Shown here: piece after piece, positions 1-12,259 of the stretch
Layout of the letters: each line of letters opens with the position of its first letter
Numbering within the stretch: the first letter of the stretch is position 1
NCBI GenBank assembly: GCA_963804535.1
Contig: CAWDQT010000011.1
Span: 26,011 to 90,010, forward strand
Length of the DNA: 64,000 nucleotides
Source of the DNA: an uncultured Acidobacteriota bacterium
Lineage (GTDB): Bacteria; Acidobacteriota; Terriglobia; Acidiferrales; UBA7541
Direction: 5' to 3'
Translations under genes and position numbers: made by a program
The notes under the pieces: model-generated
The model's input: only the letters and a program-made list of their open reading frames with translations
What the model was told of the DNA's origin: nothing
The model's database searches: none

Positions 1-100
1 GGGCTGCCTTCCCGCAACTTCTCGCGTCATGCCTGCTTCGGCACTGCAGCGCTAATTGATATCGATAACAGCGGGGTCCAAAGCGCCTTTTGTGTACGGA

Positions 101-1042
101 TTAGAGCTGGTGCGCCGCTTGCACTTGTTCGAAGGCGTGGTAGGAAGAGCGAACGAGCGGGCCTGATTCCACGTGACGAAAGCCCATCTCCTGGCCGACC
201 TGCTTGTATTCGGCGAATTCCTGCGGATGGACGAAGCGGACGACTGGCAAATGGTCCCGCGTGGGCTGTAAGTATTGCCCGAGAGTAAGAATATCGGTGC
301 CTTGCGCTGCAAGATCGCTCATCGCTTGCAGCACTTCCTCGCGGACCTCGCCGAGTCCGAGCATCATCCCCGTTTTCACGGGCATATGGGGCGACAGCTT
401 CTTGGCTCGCCGCAGCAGCTCTAACGAGCGCTCGTAAATCGCACCCGGCCGCACGCGCCGATAAAGCCGGGGCACCGTCTCCACATTGTGATTGAGAACG
501 TCGGGACTAGCTGCGACGACGACTTCCAAGGCTGCGCTATCTCCGCGAAAATCCGGAATCAAAACTTCCACTTTGCACTCTGGCACGCGCGCCCTTATCG
601 CCCCGATGGTGCGCGCAAAAATTTTAGCGCCGCCGTCCGGCTGATCGTCGCGGTTCACCGAAGTCACTACTGCATATTTCAGCCTCATCTGCTCGACGGC
701 CTGCGCCACGCGCTCCGGCTCATCTTCGTCGGGAGGACCTGCCGGGCGCCCCGAGGTGACCGCACAAAATCCGCACGCGCGGGTGCAAATGTCTCCGAGG
801 ATCATGAATGTGGCCGTGCGATGTTCCCAGCACTCACCTTGGTTTGGACATCGCGCGCTCTCGCACACCGTGTGCAGGCCGAGGCCGCGCATGATGCGCT
901 TCAGATCCTGATAATTCTCGCCGCCAAAAAAACGTACCTTGAGCCATGCCGGGCGCGGATGGATTTCCGCAGGCGGAACACTTCCGCCGCAACTCGGCGC
1001 GTTCACCGCTCCATCGCCCAGAATGTTGAAATGCGACGCCAT
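101..1042 (-). CDS. lipA: lipoyl synthase
   Basis: 313-aa ORF with Cys motifs 'CESARCPNQGEC' and 'CTRACGFCAV' typical of LipA radical-SAM/auxiliary clusters. Confidence 0.93.
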   Translation of the reverse strand: MASHFNILGDGAVNAPSCGGSVPPAEIHPRPAWLKVRFFGGENYQDLKRIMRGLGLHTVCESARCPNQGECWEHRTATFMILGDICTRACGFCAVTSGRPAGPPDEDEPERVAQAVEQMRLKYAVVTSVNRDDQPDGGAKIFARTIGAIRARVPECKVEVLIPDFRGDSAALEVVVAASPDVLNHNVETVPRLYRRVRPGAIYERSLELLRRAKKLSPHMPVKTGMMLGLGEVREEVLQAMSDLAAQGTDILTLGQYLQPTRDHLPVVRFVHPQEFAEYKQVGQEMGFRHVESGPLVRSSYHAFEQVQAAHQL

Positions 1043-1313
1043 AAACCAATGCGCGCGAACGTCATGGACATCAGGAGCTTCGCGCGCTTCAAGATGATTC
1101 TACGCCGTCGCCTCGGGAGCGCGCAATGCGGCTCCCCGTTGGCCTAAGGCGCGTTCCAGTAGTACTGAGTCCTGTACGCCACAATGAAACAGGCGTTTTG
1201 TTGTATATTTACCACATGGACTTCTAGGCACGACCAATGTTGCTTTCTAAGCACATGAATATAAATAGCTTGCAATCCAACCAAAAGGATAGCTAAATGC
1301 ACCTTAGAACATT

Positions 1314-2213
1314 ATGGCGAGTCAATCGACTATAGAGCGCCCCGTCGAAGCCGAGGGAATTGGTCTTCATACTGCCGTTCGCAGCCGCATCCGCCTGAAT
1401 CCCGCACCACCCGACACGGGCATTGTCTTCCGCCGCGTGGATCTCGACAATTTTGAAATTGAGGCTCACGGCCGCAACGTGGCGCGCGTCAGTTACGCCA
1501 CGAGCCTGATGAAGAAGGGCGTCCTGCTCTCCACTACTGAACATCTTCTTGCGGCTCTTTACGCTTGTGGCATCGATAACGTCTATTGCGATATCGACGC
1601 TATCGAAGTCCCCATTCTCGACGGCTCTTCGCAGCCGTTTATTGATATGTTGCAGGAAGCCGGCATTCGGCATCAGAGACGGCGGCGGCGTTACCTGAAG
1701 GTCTTGCGTCCTCTCGAGATTTGCGATGGCGATCGCTACATCGGTATCTATCCCTCGAACGAATTCAGAGTGCATTGCCTGGTCGACTATTCACATCCGA
1801 TGATTGGCCGCCAGGAGATCGAGATGGTGGTCAACCGCGAATCTTTCAGCCAACGGTTGGCCGGCGCGCGCACTTTTGGCTTTGTCGAGGAACTCGAAAA
1901 ACTTCGCGCTGTCGACCTGATCCGCGGAGGATCGCTCGAGAACGCCATCGTGCTCACCCGCGACGGCATCATGAATGGCGAATTACGCTATTCCGACGAG
2001 TTTGGCCGGCATAAGACTTTGGATTTGATCGGCGATCTCGCGTTGATCGGCCGGCCGCTATTGGCGCTCGTCAAAGCACACAAGGCCGGCCACGCCCTGC
2101 ATACCCAGTTGGTCTCGCGCCTGCTCGCGGATAAATCGCTCTGGACGCACACCACCGTCGCCATGCCACGGCGCGAACCGGTGCCCGCAACTCTGACGGC
2201 CATCCCTGCCTAG
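1314..2213 (+). CDS. lpxC: UDP-3-O-acyl-N-acetylglucosamine deacetylase
   Basis: 299-aa ORF. 'GIGLHTAVRSRIRLNPAPPDTGIVFRRVDL' and 'HKTLDLIGDLAL...KAGHALH' are LpxC hallmarks. Confidence 0.92.
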   Translation: MASQSTIERPVEAEGIGLHTAVRSRIRLNPAPPDTGIVFRRVDLDNFEIEAHGRNVARVSYATSLMKKGVLLSTTEHLLAALYACGIDNVYCDIDAIEVPILDGSSQPFIDMLQEAGIRHQRRRRRYLKVLRPLEICDGDRYIGIYPSNEFRVHCLVDYSHPMIGRQEIEMVVNRESFSQRLAGARTFGFVEELEKLRAVDLIRGGSLENAIVLTRDGIMNGELRYSDEFGRHKTLDLIGDLALIGRPLLALVKAHKAGHALHTQLVSRLLADKSLWTHTTVAMPRREPVPATLTAIPA

Positions 2214-2335
2214 CTCGCCGCCCATTCTGCGTCTGGGTCTCACTTTAAAGAGTAGGCCGTTTATCGTTTTTCCCTCTTTTCTGTCACATTTCTTGCTAAA
2301 GGGAATCCAAAGAACGGAGAATATCGTTACGAACT

Positions 2336-3908
2336 ATGGCTCTGCCTGATTTTGCTGTTGTGATTTTGGCTGCCGGTAAGGGGACGCGCCTGAAGTCCTC
2401 GCTCGCCAAGGTTTTGCATCGCGCAGGCGGGCGCACCCTCATCGAACACGTCGTCCGGGCCTGTCAGCCTCTGAAGCCGCGCGCGATTATTGCCGTCGTC
2501 GGACATCAGTCCGACGATGTTTCGGCGATTCTCGAACCATTTGGTGTACAGGCTATCGTCCAGCAGCCGCAGCGTGGGACGGGCCACGCCATGCTAGTCG
2601 CGCGGCGGGCGCTTGGCAGGCGCACCAAATACGCGATCGTGCTGCCCGGCGACGCGCCTTTGGTCCGGCCAGAAACGCTGTCAGAACTTGCCCGCATCCA
2701 CCGGCAAAGCAGCGCTGCGGCCACAATTCTGTCCGCCCAGATACCGCAACCGGCCGGCTACGGGCGCATTGTTCGCCGGGACGACGGCAGCGTCGACGCC
2801 ATCGTCGAGGATTCCGCGCTCACCGACGATCAGCGCAGCATCAACGAAATCAATTCGAGTATTTACGCCTTCACGCTGGATAAGCTTTGGCCTTGTCTCG
2901 CCCGCCTTCGCCCCGACAATGCGCATCGCGAGCTTTACCTCACCGACGCCATTGCCATGCTGCGCTCGCAGGGCGATGCCGTCCAAGCTGTTGTTGCGGC
3001 GGACGCCGATGAAGTGCTTGGCTGCAATACCCGCGCCGATTTGGCCGCCGTGGACTTGGCTTTCCGCCGCCGCAAGCGCGCCCAACTGATGGCCGCCGGC
3101 GTGAGCATGCTGATGCCGGAATCGATCTTGATCGATCCGGACGTGACTGGTCGGCGCGGACACGCTTCTCGAACCCGGAGTGCAATTGCTCGGCAAATCG
3201 CGCATCGGCGCGAGTTGCACGATCCGCACCGGAAGCCTCCTGAGTGACGTCACCATAGAAGACGGCGTTCTGGTGAAGCCTTATTCCGTGATCTCCTCGA
3301 GCTATCTTTCGGCGGAGACTCAGGTCGGCCCATTCGCCCACCTGCGCGACGATGCGCGCCTGCTCGAAGGTGCCCGCGTGGGGAATTTCGTCGAAGTGAA
3401 GAAGAGTGTGCTTGGAGAGCGCGCCAAGGCCATGCACCTTACCTACCTCGGCGACGCGCGCATCGGCAGCGAAACCAACGTCGGCGCTGGCACCATCACG
3501 TGCAATTACGATGGCGTGAACAAAAATCCCACCACCATCGGCCGTCGCGTTTTCATCGGCAGCGATACGGCGCTGGTAGCTCCCGTAAGAGTCGGAGACG
3601 GCGCCTACATCGGCGCGGGCTCAACGATTACCGAAAATATTCCTGCGGATGCCCTTGCCATCGCCCGCGGCCGCCAGGTCAACAAGCCCGGCTGGGCTGC
3701 GGCGCGCCGACGCAAAATGGCCGCGCCGCGAAGCGCACGCCAAACCGCAAGCCGAAGCGAAAAGCTTCCGCGAAGGCACGCCACCGCTCCCGCGCTCGCT
3801 CGGCGCGCGTTTCCCGCGGCAAAGTCGCCGCCGCGGCCAAGCGCCGAAATAAGGTTTAAACGTAGAGCCGCGGTCTTTAGCGCGGCAGCCTTGGTCTTCG
3901 TATTTTGA
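2336..3908 (+). CDS. glmU: bifunctional GlcNAc-1-P uridyltransferase / GlcN-1-P acetyltransferase, frameshifted as sequenced
   Basis: N-terminal ORF 2336..3247 ('[12 protein letters not shown]') and left-handed beta-helix ORF 3180..3908 ('[13 protein letters not shown]') join if one extra G near 3149 is removed (DPDVT|[15 protein letters not shown]). The C-terminal end is ambiguous (3859 or 3908) because all three frames are open in the basic tail. Confidence 0.85.
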
Positions 3909-4163
3909 TGTGCTTATCTTATCGGCGGAAGAACAGTTAACCGCCGTGCCCGCGCCGACCGCGGCTAACTTTAGTTCTCGCCTATCCGACCGAGTGCTAA
4001 ATCGCCCGGCGATCATGGTCTCTCTGCGTCCGGTGCAGCAGGGAGCAACCTGACTTTTCAACAGGCGGGCCGTCAGTTGTGAAATCGGGTCACAACACCG
4101 CCATCGACTGCATTAAAATACACGGTGCCACTCATGCCAGACTCGGCGAGCCCTCCGGCAACC

Positions 4164-4172
4164 TGCTATAAT
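4164..4172 (+). promoter_or_regulatory. candidate extended -10 promoter element (TGcTATAAT) upstream of purQ
   Basis: 'tgctataat' sits 24 nt upstream of GTG 4196, followed by RBS 'aggaga' at 4184-4189. No good -35 was seen. Confidence 0.35.
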
Positions 4173-4195
4173 TTAGTTTCCCCAGGAGAAGCAGC

Positions 4196-4913
4196 GTGAC
4201 GAAAATTGGTGTCGTCGTATTTCCCGGATCGAACTGCGATCACGATGCCCTGCACGCTATAAACGAAATCCTTCACATACCGGCCGAGTCCATCTGGCAC
4301 CAATCTCAGGACCTCTCCGGTTTCGACGCCGTGATTTTGCCTGGCGGCTTCTCCTATGGCGATTATCTGCGCACCGGCGCGATCGCCCGCTTTTCGCCGG
4401 TAATGAACGCCATCGCGCGATTCGCCCGTTCCGGAGGGCTCGTCCTCGGCATTTGCAATGGCTTTCAGATTCTCTGCGAAGCCGGGCTTCTGCCCGGCGC
4501 TTTAATGCGCAATCAAGGATTGCGCTTCATCTGCCGTCACGTGCACATTCGCGTGGAAACGACGGCCACTCCGTTTACCTCCGCGGCACCACAGGGGCAA
4601 GTGCTTCGCCTTCCGATCGCGCATGCCGAAGGCAGCTACGTCTGCGATCCCGCCACTCTCGCGGAGCTACGAAACAATGACCAGATCGTTTTCCGCTACT
4701 GCGCGCCCGATGGGCGCCTCGACCCAGCGGCGAATCCCAACGGCTCGCTCGACGCCATTGCCGGCATCTGCAATCGCGAGCGCAACGTGATGGGCATGAT
4801 GCCGCATCCCGAGCGCGCCGCTCGAAGCCGCGCTCGGCTCAACCGACGGCTTGGTCGTCCTCCATTCGCTCGTACAATCTCTCGCGCGGCAACCTGCCGT
4901 CGCCGTGAGCTGA
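4196..4913 (+). CDS. purQ: phosphoribosylformylglycinamidine synthase subunit PurQ (glutaminase), frameshifted as sequenced
   Basis: '[12 protein letters not shown]', 'GICNGFQIL' and 'MMPHPERA' are present. After HPERA the native tail '[20 protein letters not shown]...' continues in the +1 frame to TGA 4911-4913 (extra base about 4820-4823). Confidence 0.88.
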
Positions 4914-4943
4914 CGCTTGTCGCACGCGGCCCGCACGCCATCC

Positions 4944-7277
<2,334 letters not shown>

Positions 7278-7281
<4 letters not shown>

Positions 7282-8815
7282 TCCATCTCGACGACGATCG
7301 GTTTCACGACCACTGCGGTGTCGCTGGCGTCTTCGGTCATCTCGAAGCGGCCAAGCTCGCCTATCTGGGTCTGTATGCTCTTCAGCACCGCGGCCAGGAA
7401 TCGGCGGGCATCGTCTCTTCCGATGGCGTCGACTTGCATCTCGAGAAGGGCATGGGCCTCGTTCAGGAAGTCTTCCAACCGCAAATTCTGGCGCGCCTTC
7501 CGGGAACGGCCGCGGTTGGGTCACACGCGCTACTCGACCGCGGGTGACACGTCGCTTACTGAATGCGCAGCCGATCGTCATCGATTGCAATAAAGGCAAG
7601 CTGGCCTTGGCGCACAACGGCAATCTCACCAACGCCGCCAAATTGCGCCGCAACCTCGAGCATCGCGGCTCGATTTTCCAAACGACCAGCGATACCGAAG
7701 TCATCGTGCATCTCGTGGCTCGCAGCTCGGCCCACAATCTGGAAGGCGCTCTCGGCGACGCGCTCAATCAGGTCGAAGGCGCGTATTCGCTGCTCGTGCT
7801 CACGCGCGATGAGCTTTTCGCCATTCGCGATCCCCGCGGTTTTCGCCCGCTCTGCCTCGGCCGCCTCGGCGACTCCTGGCTGGTAGCCTCGGAGACCACC
7901 GCCTTCGACCTCATCGATGCGCAATACATCCGCGAAATCGAGCCCGGCGAACTGGTGCGCATCTCCCGAGCCGGCGTGGAATCGCTGCACTTCGCTCCGC
8001 AAAAGCAGCATCAGTTTTGCGTCTTTGAACACGTTTATTTCTCGCGGCCTGATAGTCTCGTCTTCGGACGCCCCGTCGATCGCAGCCGCGAGATGCTGGG
8101 CCGCTTGTTGGCTCGCGAACAGCCCGCGGACGCCGATCTCGTCGTGCCTGTGCCGGATTCCGGCGTTCCCGCGGCCATCGGCTACGCGCTCGAATCGGGC
8201 TTGCCCTTTCGCATGGGCTTGATTCGAAATCACTATATCGGCCGCACGTTCATCGAGCCCGAGCAGGCCATCCGCGATTTCGGCGTCAAGCTGAAGCTCA
8301 ATCCCGTGCGCGCGTTGCTCGAAGGCAAGCGCGTCGTCCTGGTCGACGACTCCATCGTTCGCGGCACCACCAGCCGCAAGATCGTGCGCATGATGCGCGA
8401 AGCGGGCGCCACGCAGGTGCATATGCGCATCAGTTGTCCGCCCACGATTTCGCCGTGCTATTACGGCGTCGATACGCCCACGCGCGAGGAACTGCTCGCC
8501 GCGGATGCCTCCTGCATTCGCCCGCGGCTGCCCGAAGGAAGCCGCCTCGATCTTTCCGGCGCCGCTCGTACGCTCGAAGAGATTCGCCTCTTCCTGGACG
8601 CCGATTCGGTCGGCTATCTCTCTCTCGAAAGCCTGCGCCGCGCCGTGAGCGACACCACCGGCAGCTTCTGTACTTCCTGTTACACCGGCTCCTACGTGCG
8701 CGAAAACGTGCAGCTCGAAGTCGGCGTGCCCGCTGGTAGTCGCGAACAAGTTACAGTTCTCGAAGCCGAAGGCCCTAACGAAGGCCAAAGAGAAGGCCCT
8801 AAAGTAAGGCCCTGA
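7278..8815 (+). CDS. purF: amidophosphoribosyltransferase, two frameshifts as sequenced
   Basis: N-terminus 'DHCGVAGVFGH...LYALQHRGQESAGI' lies in ORF 7278..7547, 'GHTRYSTAGDTSL' in a second frame, and 'NAQPIVIDCNKGKLALAHNGNL...' in ORF 7217..8815. Extra bases lie about 7518-7520 and 7558. ATGA overlap with the purL stop. Confidence 0.9.
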
Positions 8816-8832
8816 ATAAGCCCTGAATAAGG
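8766..8832. repeat. about 5.5 copies of a 12-nt tandem repeat (gaaggccctaaN) spanning the purF stop and the lepB RBS region
   Basis: The read is 'cgaaggccctaa cgaaggccaaag agaaggccctaa agtaaggccctg aataagccctg aataagg'. It encodes the purF tail 'EGPNEGQREGPKVRP*'. Confidence 0.65.
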
Positions 8833-8840
8833 AAAGTTCC

Positions 8841-9605
8841 GTGAACGATGATTTCACCACTACCGGCCCGATAAGCCCGGACGCGGGAACCAATCTTTCC
8901 GCCGGCCCGCAATTGGCCACCCCCAGCGCTCCGAGTTCGTCGGCCGTTGAGTCCAACACCTTCCGCCAGCGCTTGGTTCGCGAACTGCTCTCCTGGGTTT
9001 GGGTGGCGCTCGCGTTTTTCCTGATTACCGGCACGATGGTGCAGGCCCGCGTGATTCCCTCCGCTTCCATGGAGGGCACGCTGCTTATCGGCGATCATTT
9101 GCTCATGAGCCGGTTCGGCTACGACATCGGGTTGCCTTTCACGCGCTATCACATCCGCCTCTGGCGCGAACCGCGCCGCCAGCAGGTGGTGATCTTCCAT
9201 GCGCCTCTTCCGGACCGCGATGAAGATTTCATCAAGCGCCTGATCGGAATGCCCGGAGACAGCGTACAAATCAGCCAGGGCCGCGTCTTCGTTAACGGCG
9301 AAGCCATCAGCGAGCCGTACCGCCATGATCCGCCGAACCCGGTCGACAACTTCGGCCCGGTTACCGTTCCCACGCGCAGCTACTTCGTTCTTGGCGATAA
9401 TCGCGAAGATTCCTGGGATAGCCGCGACTGGGGCTTTGTGCCCGAGTCCAATATCATCGGCACGCCGGTGGTGATTTACATGTCCGTACAGGCGAGTGAG
9501 GACGCTTGGCAGCCGGGTCAGGTGCGCGAACGATTTTACGCTTATGCCAACGCCTTGCTTCACCCGCGGTTGGTGCGCTGGCGTCGCCTGCTTACGACTT
9601 TTTAG
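8841..9605 (+). CDS. lepB: signal peptidase I
   Basis: 254-aa ORF with 'IPSASMEGTLLIGDHLL', 'FIKRLIGMPGD' and 'GDNREDSWDSRDWGFVP' boxes. Confidence 0.9.
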   Translation: MNDDFTTTGPISPDAGTNLSAGPQLATPSAPSSSAVESNTFRQRLVRELLSWVWVALAFFLITGTMVQARVIPSASMEGTLLIGDHLLMSRFGYDIGLPFTRYHIRLWREPRRQQVVIFHAPLPDRDEDFIKRLIGMPGDSVQISQGRVFVNGEAISEPYRHDPPNPVDNFGPVTVPTRSYFVLGDNREDSWDSRDWGFVPESNIIGTPVVIYMSVQASEDAWQPGQVRERFYAYANALLHPRLVRWRRLLTTF

Positions 9606-9715
9606 CCACGGGTAGGCCCAGTTTTGTACCAGTCTCGTAGCCCAGGGTGCGCTCACGATGGCGCTCGAGCGCCTGTGAATGAAGACGTGAGCGCATCCTG
9701 GGGTTTTGTTTGTAG

Positions 9716-9767
9716 GTCGTGGCTTTAGCCACGACATAAGGACCGTGCCCCGGGGCGTTAGCCCCGG
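9716..9767. repeat. two REP-like GC-rich hairpins in the lepB-purM spacer
   Basis: 'gtcgtggct-tt-agccacgac' (9716-9735) and 'ccggggc-gtta-gccccgg' (9750-9767). A partial copy 'tttagccacg' lies at 9601-9610. Confidence 0.5.
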
Positions 9768-9802
9768 TGTAGACTGTCGCCCGTTTCGAGACTCAAGGCT
9801 CA

Positions 9803-10855
9803 ATGCACATGCGCTATGCCGACGCTGGCGTGGATATCTCTCGCGCCGAACAAGCCAAAGAACGGATTCGCCGCATGGCTTCGCGTACCTTCACCCGCGG
9901 AGTCGTCGGCGGCATCGGAGCCTTCGGCGGGCTGTTTGCTCTCGACGTCAAGCGCTGGCGCGAGCCTGTGCTCGTCTCCAGCACTGACGGCGTCGGCACC
10001 AAGCTGAAAATCGCCGCGGCCACGGGCATTCACTCCAGTGTGGGCGGCGATCTCGTAAACCACTGCGTCAATGACATCCTCACGCTGGGCGCCGAGCCGC
10101 TCTTCTTCCTCGATTATCTGGCCCTCGGCAGCATGGATCCCGACGTCGTCGAGCAACTGGTCGACGGCATCACCCGCGCCTGCCATCAAGCCGATTGCGC
10201 CTTGGTCGGAGGCGAAACGGCCGAACTGCCCGACACCTATGCCCCCGGCGAGTACGATCTTGCCGGCTTCATCGTCGGCGTCGTGGAACGCAGCCGCATC
10301 CCCAAGCCCAGCGCAGTTCACGCCGGCGACGTTCTCCTGGCCTTGCCGTCGCTCGGCCTGCACACGAATGGCTATTCGCTCGCCCGCAAATTGATTTTCC
10401 AGACCGCCGGTTTGGCTACCGACGCCTACGTCGCCGAAGTCGGCAACAAAATCGGCGCCGAGTTGCTGATGCCGCACCGCTGCTATTGGCCCATGCTGAA
10501 AAATATCGTCGCGCAGGGCCTCGTCACCGGCATGGCCCACATCACCGGCGGCGGCATTGCGGGCAACCTGCCGCGCGTTCTGCCGCGCAGTACGCAAGCC
10601 GTCGTCGAGCTCGGCTCCTGGCCTGTGCTGCCCATCTTTTCGTATCTCGCCAAACTCGGGCAGATTGAGCGCGAGGAACTGCTGCGCACGTTCAATCTTG
10701 GTGTCGGCATGATCCTGATCGTTCCGCCCGCCAATCTGCGCGCGGTCGAAACCGAGCTGAAGCGCCGCCGCGAGAAGTACTACCGTATCGGCGAAATCCG
10801 CAACGCCGACTCCCGTAAAGCCCCCATCGTATTCACCGGCTCGCTGCCGATCTGA
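9803..10855 (+). CDS. purM: phosphoribosylformylglycinamidine cyclo-ligase
   Basis: 350-aa ORF with 'YADAGVDI', 'DGVGTKL' and 'GGETAELP'. Confidence 0.92.
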   Translation: MHMRYADAGVDISRAEQAKERIRRMASRTFTRGVVGGIGAFGGLFALDVKRWREPVLVSSTDGVGTKLKIAAATGIHSSVGGDLVNHCVNDILTLGAEPLFFLDYLALGSMDPDVVEQLVDGITRACHQADCALVGGETAELPDTYAPGEYDLAGFIVGVVERSRIPKPSAVHAGDVLLALPSLGLHTNGYSLARKLIFQTAGLATDAYVAEVGNKIGAELLMPHRCYWPMLKNIVAQGLVTGMAHITGGGIAGNLPRVLPRSTQAVVELGSWPVLPIFSYLAKLGQIEREELLRTFNLGVGMILIVPPANLRAVETELKRRREKYYRIGEIRNADSRKAPIVFTGSLPI

Positions 10856-10866
10856 ACTCCGCGCTT

Positions 10867-11349
10867 ATGCTCTCCATCCGCCCCGCCACGATCAAAGACG
10901 CCTCGCTGCTCGCTTCCATGATTCTCGAGCTCGCGCAGTACGAGAAGCTCGATCATGAAGCCGCCGTCACCGCGGAGTCCATCGCCCGCGACGGCTTTGG
11001 CCCGCATCCCAAATTTCGCGCCATCATCGCCGAAGTGGATGGAAAAGCCGCCGGCTATGCCGTGTTCTTCGGGTTCTACTCCACTTTTCAGGGTCGCGCC
11101 GGATTGTTTCTCGAAGATATCTACGTCCGGCCGTCCCTTCGAAAGCAGGGCATCGGCCAGGCTTTGCTCAACTATGTAGCGCGTATCGCCTGGGAGGAAG
11201 ACTACTTCTGCATGCGCTGGGAAGTGCTGGACTGGAATAAGCCCGCCATCGATTTTTATCGCCGCCTCGGCGCCGTCTTCCTCGACGAGTGGAAAGCCGT
11301 CATGCTCATCGGCGACCCCCTCCAAGCCGCCGCCGACTCCGCCAAGTAA
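10867..11349 (+). CDS. GNAT family N-acetyltransferase
   Basis: 160-aa ORF with acetyl-CoA motif 'VRPSLRKQGIGQALL' and 'NKPAIDFYRRLGA'. Confidence 0.8.
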   Translation: MLSIRPATIKDASLLASMILELAQYEKLDHEAAVTAESIARDGFGPHPKFRAIIAEVDGKAAGYAVFFGFYSTFQGRAGLFLEDIYVRPSLRKQGIGQALLNYVARIAWEEDYFCMRWEVLDWNKPAIDFYRRLGAVFLDEWKAVMLIGDPLQAAADSAK

Positions 11350-11397
11350 CTTCGCTTACTTCGCCATCATTGCGCCAGATGGATCTTTAGGGATAAT

Positions 11398-12259
11398 GTG
11401 TATGTGGCGAATATAAGGCGAAATAACAGGATGCCCAGCCCCCTCCAATTCGACGAAATTGGCATCTGGTCCGAGATCAAGCTCGCGATCATACGAGAGT
11501 ACGCAAAAGCCTATTCCACAATCCTTTCAGCACAAACCAACGCGCGCTTCTCTCATGTGTACATCGACGCATTCGCCGGAGCCGGCCAGCACATTTCGAG
11601 ATCCACGCACGAACTCATCCCCGGGAGCCCCCTCAACGCTCTTGCACGTGGAGCCGCGTTTCGATGAGTTCTACCTTATCGACATAAAGCCGGAGAAAAT
11701 CGACAACCTGCGCGAACTAATCGGCGATCGCAAGGACGTCCACCTTCTCCAGGGCGACTGTAACGAGATTCTTTTGCGCGATGTTTTTCCACACGTTCAG
11801 TATGCTGACTATCGTCGCGGCCTGTGTGTACTTGATCCATATGGACTGCATCTCGACTGGAAAGCAATCTCCACGGCAGGGCAAATGAAAACACTGGACG
11901 TTTTCCTCAACTTCCCGGTTCAAGACATGAATCGTAATGTGTTCTGGCGTAACCCTGATCGTGTAGACCAAGCCCAAATCCAGCGAATGAACGCGTTCTG
12001 GGGTGACAAATCCTGGCAGAATATCGCCTACGACACAAAACACAACCTCTTTGGATTTCCTGAAAAGGAACCGAATGAGATCATTGCTGAGGCGTTCCGG
12101 AAGAGATTATCGGAGGTCGCGGCTTTTCGCCACGTTCCTGAGCCGATACCGATGCGAAACTCTACTCGGGCAACTATCTATTACTTATATTTTGCCTCGC
12201 AAAACGAGACCGCCGCAAAAATAGCGCGTCAGATTTTCGCCAAGTATCGGAGTCAATAA
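11398..12259 (+). CDS. tcmP: three-Cys-motif partner protein (TcmP-like, methyltransferase-like fold), frameshifted as sequenced
   Basis: ORFs 11398..11667 and 11459..12259 join near 11625-11650 ('GSPLNAL|HVEPRFDEFYLIDI'). SAM-MTase-like motifs 'YIDAFAGAG' and 'VLDPYG' are present. Alternative start is ATG 11431. The family name is from memory of NCBIfam TIGR04474. Confidence 0.6.

Noticed and set aside
7556-9079. 507-aa ORF on the minus strand opposite purF/lepB. Similar long antisense ORFs occur at 5656-6759, 27634-28596, 33790-34893, 34921-36036, 38655-39737 and 58237-59265.
   Set aside because: These are typical high-GC shadow ORFs. They have an Arg/Ala/Gly-rich composition and no recognisable motifs, and they mirror genes that have clear family signatures on the other strand.
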